Assembly (NCBI GenBank): GCA_041937185.1
Contig: CP166621.1
Location: 2,068,571-2,132,570 of the forward strand
Reading direction: 5' to 3'
Origin: Leptolyngbya sp. BL-A-14
GTDB taxonomy: Bacteria; Cyanobacteriota; Cyanobacteriia; Leptolyngbyales; Leptolyngbyaceae
DNA length: 64,000 bases
Shown here: piece by piece, positions 62,635-64,000 of the stretch
Position numbering within the stretch: position 1 is the stretch's first letter
How the letters are laid out: each line of letters begins with the position of its first letter
Translations under genes and position numbers: made by a program
The notes under the pieces: model-generated
Databases searched by the model: none
Seen by the model: the letters and a program-made list of their open reading frames with translations, nothing else
Told to the model about the DNA's origin: nothing

Positions 62635-62742
62635 GGTCGGTGTTCTCCTAAGATTAAATCATCATTTGATGTAGAGGCAGGCTTCATAAAAGTTCCATTC
62701 TAAGCCGCGACAGCGCCGCCCCTACGCAGACTGCAACTCGTT

Positions 62743-63375
62743 TCAAACGCCAGCAAACCCTTTGGCTGCAAGGTGAACTTCATCCCAGGTGGGAGGACGA
62801 TAATCAGGGTTCATGGTCTGGTCAACATATCTCACCAGGTTAGGCAAAGCTTCATAGGGAATGGTTTGGTTGAGAAATTGCTTGAGTGTATCCTCCCAAT
62901 GAGATGGATAGTCACGAATAACAGGATGTTTCACCGCCGAAGATTGATACTCTGGCGTCGTGCTATCTACGATGAAATCCAGGCTAAGCAAAGCGAGTGG
63001 GCGAATGAAAAAGCCAGTGGCAGCGATCGCAAACCCATCATCCAACCCTTTTTGCTTCATCACTACCACAAACTGCCCACCTTCAGGAACCTTGTAGGGA
63101 ATCTGACTGGGGTCTGCAACGGCTTTTACCTCAATGTTGTAGCCCTTAGTCAGCCCAGCTTGTAGCGTGATGCCATCATATTGCTGGTCAGGATGAGGAA
63201 TGTACACCGTCAGCTGGTGCAGCGTTCGCCAGGGATCGTCAGGCATATCATCGTTAGAAAGATGATGCAGTCGATGAATTGCTTGCCCCACGTAGCTCGT
63301 TTGATTACAGAGATTGATCAAGCTAATGGTAAGAACACACTGATCGAATCGATTGACGCCTACTGTTCTAATCAT
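62743..63375 (-). CDS. Hypothetical protein in the nif-flank (start set at 63375)
   Basis: ORF between the fdxB-like and NifX/NafY-like genes. No motif recognised. Confidence 0.35.
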   Translation of the reverse strand: MIRTVGVNRFDQCVLTISLINLCNQTSYVGQAIHRLHHLSNDDMPDDPWRTLHQLTVYIPHPDQQYDGITLQAGLTKGYNIEVKAVADPSQIPYKVPEGGQFVVVMKQKGLDDGFAIAATGFFIRPLALLSLDFIVDSTTPEYQSSAVKHPVIRDYPSHWEDTLKQFLNQTIPYEALPNLVRYVDQTMNPDYRPPTWDEVHLAAKGFAGV

Positions 63376-63389
63376 GTCTGCACAACCTC

Positions 63390-63986
63390 TTATACCAGTG
63401 CTTTGTAGTTTTTGACGCGATCGCCATCGGCAACGCCCAAAATTTTCGCCAGCCACGGGGGAGGAGAGGTCGCGATCGCGTGTTGCAATTCGCTTAAAAT
63501 CTCTCTAGCGGGACCTCCTGCCTCTTTTTTGATGGGATAGATGCCAGCCTGCACCACTTTCCCTGCTGCGGGGCCGCCAATCGCCACAATATAGAGCACT
63601 GGACAATCTCGAATTAAGCTGACTCGAAACGCATTTTTGTCATCAGATAAATCAGCTTCGATCGCCGATCGAATATCAATCAGCCTGATCTCATCCACGG
63701 AGAGTTGATAGATCAGGTAGCGTAAGCAAGAGCCAAAATGTCCGTCCAGCATTTCTCGATTGTTAGAGGCCACCGCAACTCGAATGGAATTGGGCAAATC
63801 TCCATCCTGGTAAGCTTCAAGGGGTGGTAACTGATCGATTTCATCCAGTTCTCCCCACAAAATGCGAACGGCTTTCTTGAAGATGGCAATATCCGCGGCG
63901 TCAGCATCTTCACCATGCTCCTCTCCATCCAACTCGTAGGTATGTCCAAGAGCGGTTTTCAGATTAGTGACAGTGATTTTACTCAA
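63390..63986 (-). CDS. NifX/NafY-family FeMo-cofactor-binding protein
   Basis: C-terminal dinitrogenase FeMo-cofactor-binding fold motifs (VAVASNNREMLDGHFGSC...IVAIGGPAAGKV) after an N-terminal extension, as in NafY. Confidence 0.6.
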   Translation of the reverse strand: MSKITVTNLKTALGHTYELDGEEHGEDADAADIAIFKKAVRILWGELDEIDQLPPLEAYQDGDLPNSIRVAVASNNREMLDGHFGSCLRYLIYQLSVDEIRLIDIRSAIEADLSDDKNAFRVSLIRDCPVLYIVAIGGPAAGKVVQAGIYPIKKEAGGPAREILSELQHAIATSPPPWLAKILGVADGDRVKNYKALV

Positions 63987-64000
63987 CGAGGCTTCGTCCA

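Overview
This window reads as a cyanobacterial chromosome segment. The HIP1 octamer GCGATCGC is highly iterated and GC is roughly 55%. The gene content points to a Leptolyngbya-like organism that can fix nitrogen. About 70 genes are supportable. Housekeeping genes include rplU-rpmA, trpC, accD, hemH with a CAB tail, ilvE, recR, nadK, ggt, and a psbV-psbV2-petE-petJ tandem of lumenal electron carriers. Regulatory genes include an ECF sigma factor, a STAS antagonist, an OmpR regulator, a REC-histidine kinase hybrid, and a histidine kinase fused to a large permease-like domain. On the minus strand at 49-56 kb there is a low-oxygen-type cluster: acsF (chlAII-type), ho2, hemN, a BchE-like B12/radical-SAM gene with a fused C-terminal receiver-like domain, and a delta-9 desaturase. 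It sits beside a divergent HxlR regulator gene and runs into the flank of a nif island (Nif11-domain peptide, ArsC-like protein, mop, ferredoxin III, NifX/NafY-like). There are two insertion sequences. An IS630-family element with a TA duplication splits a Coq4-family gene. An IS4-family element with a 9-bp duplication lies just upstream of mop. A single-gene low-GC island carries a Crp/Fnr regulator. A family of heptamer-based purine-tract/pyrimidine-tract repeats fills many intergenic spacers. No CRISPR, rRNA or tRNA was recognised.
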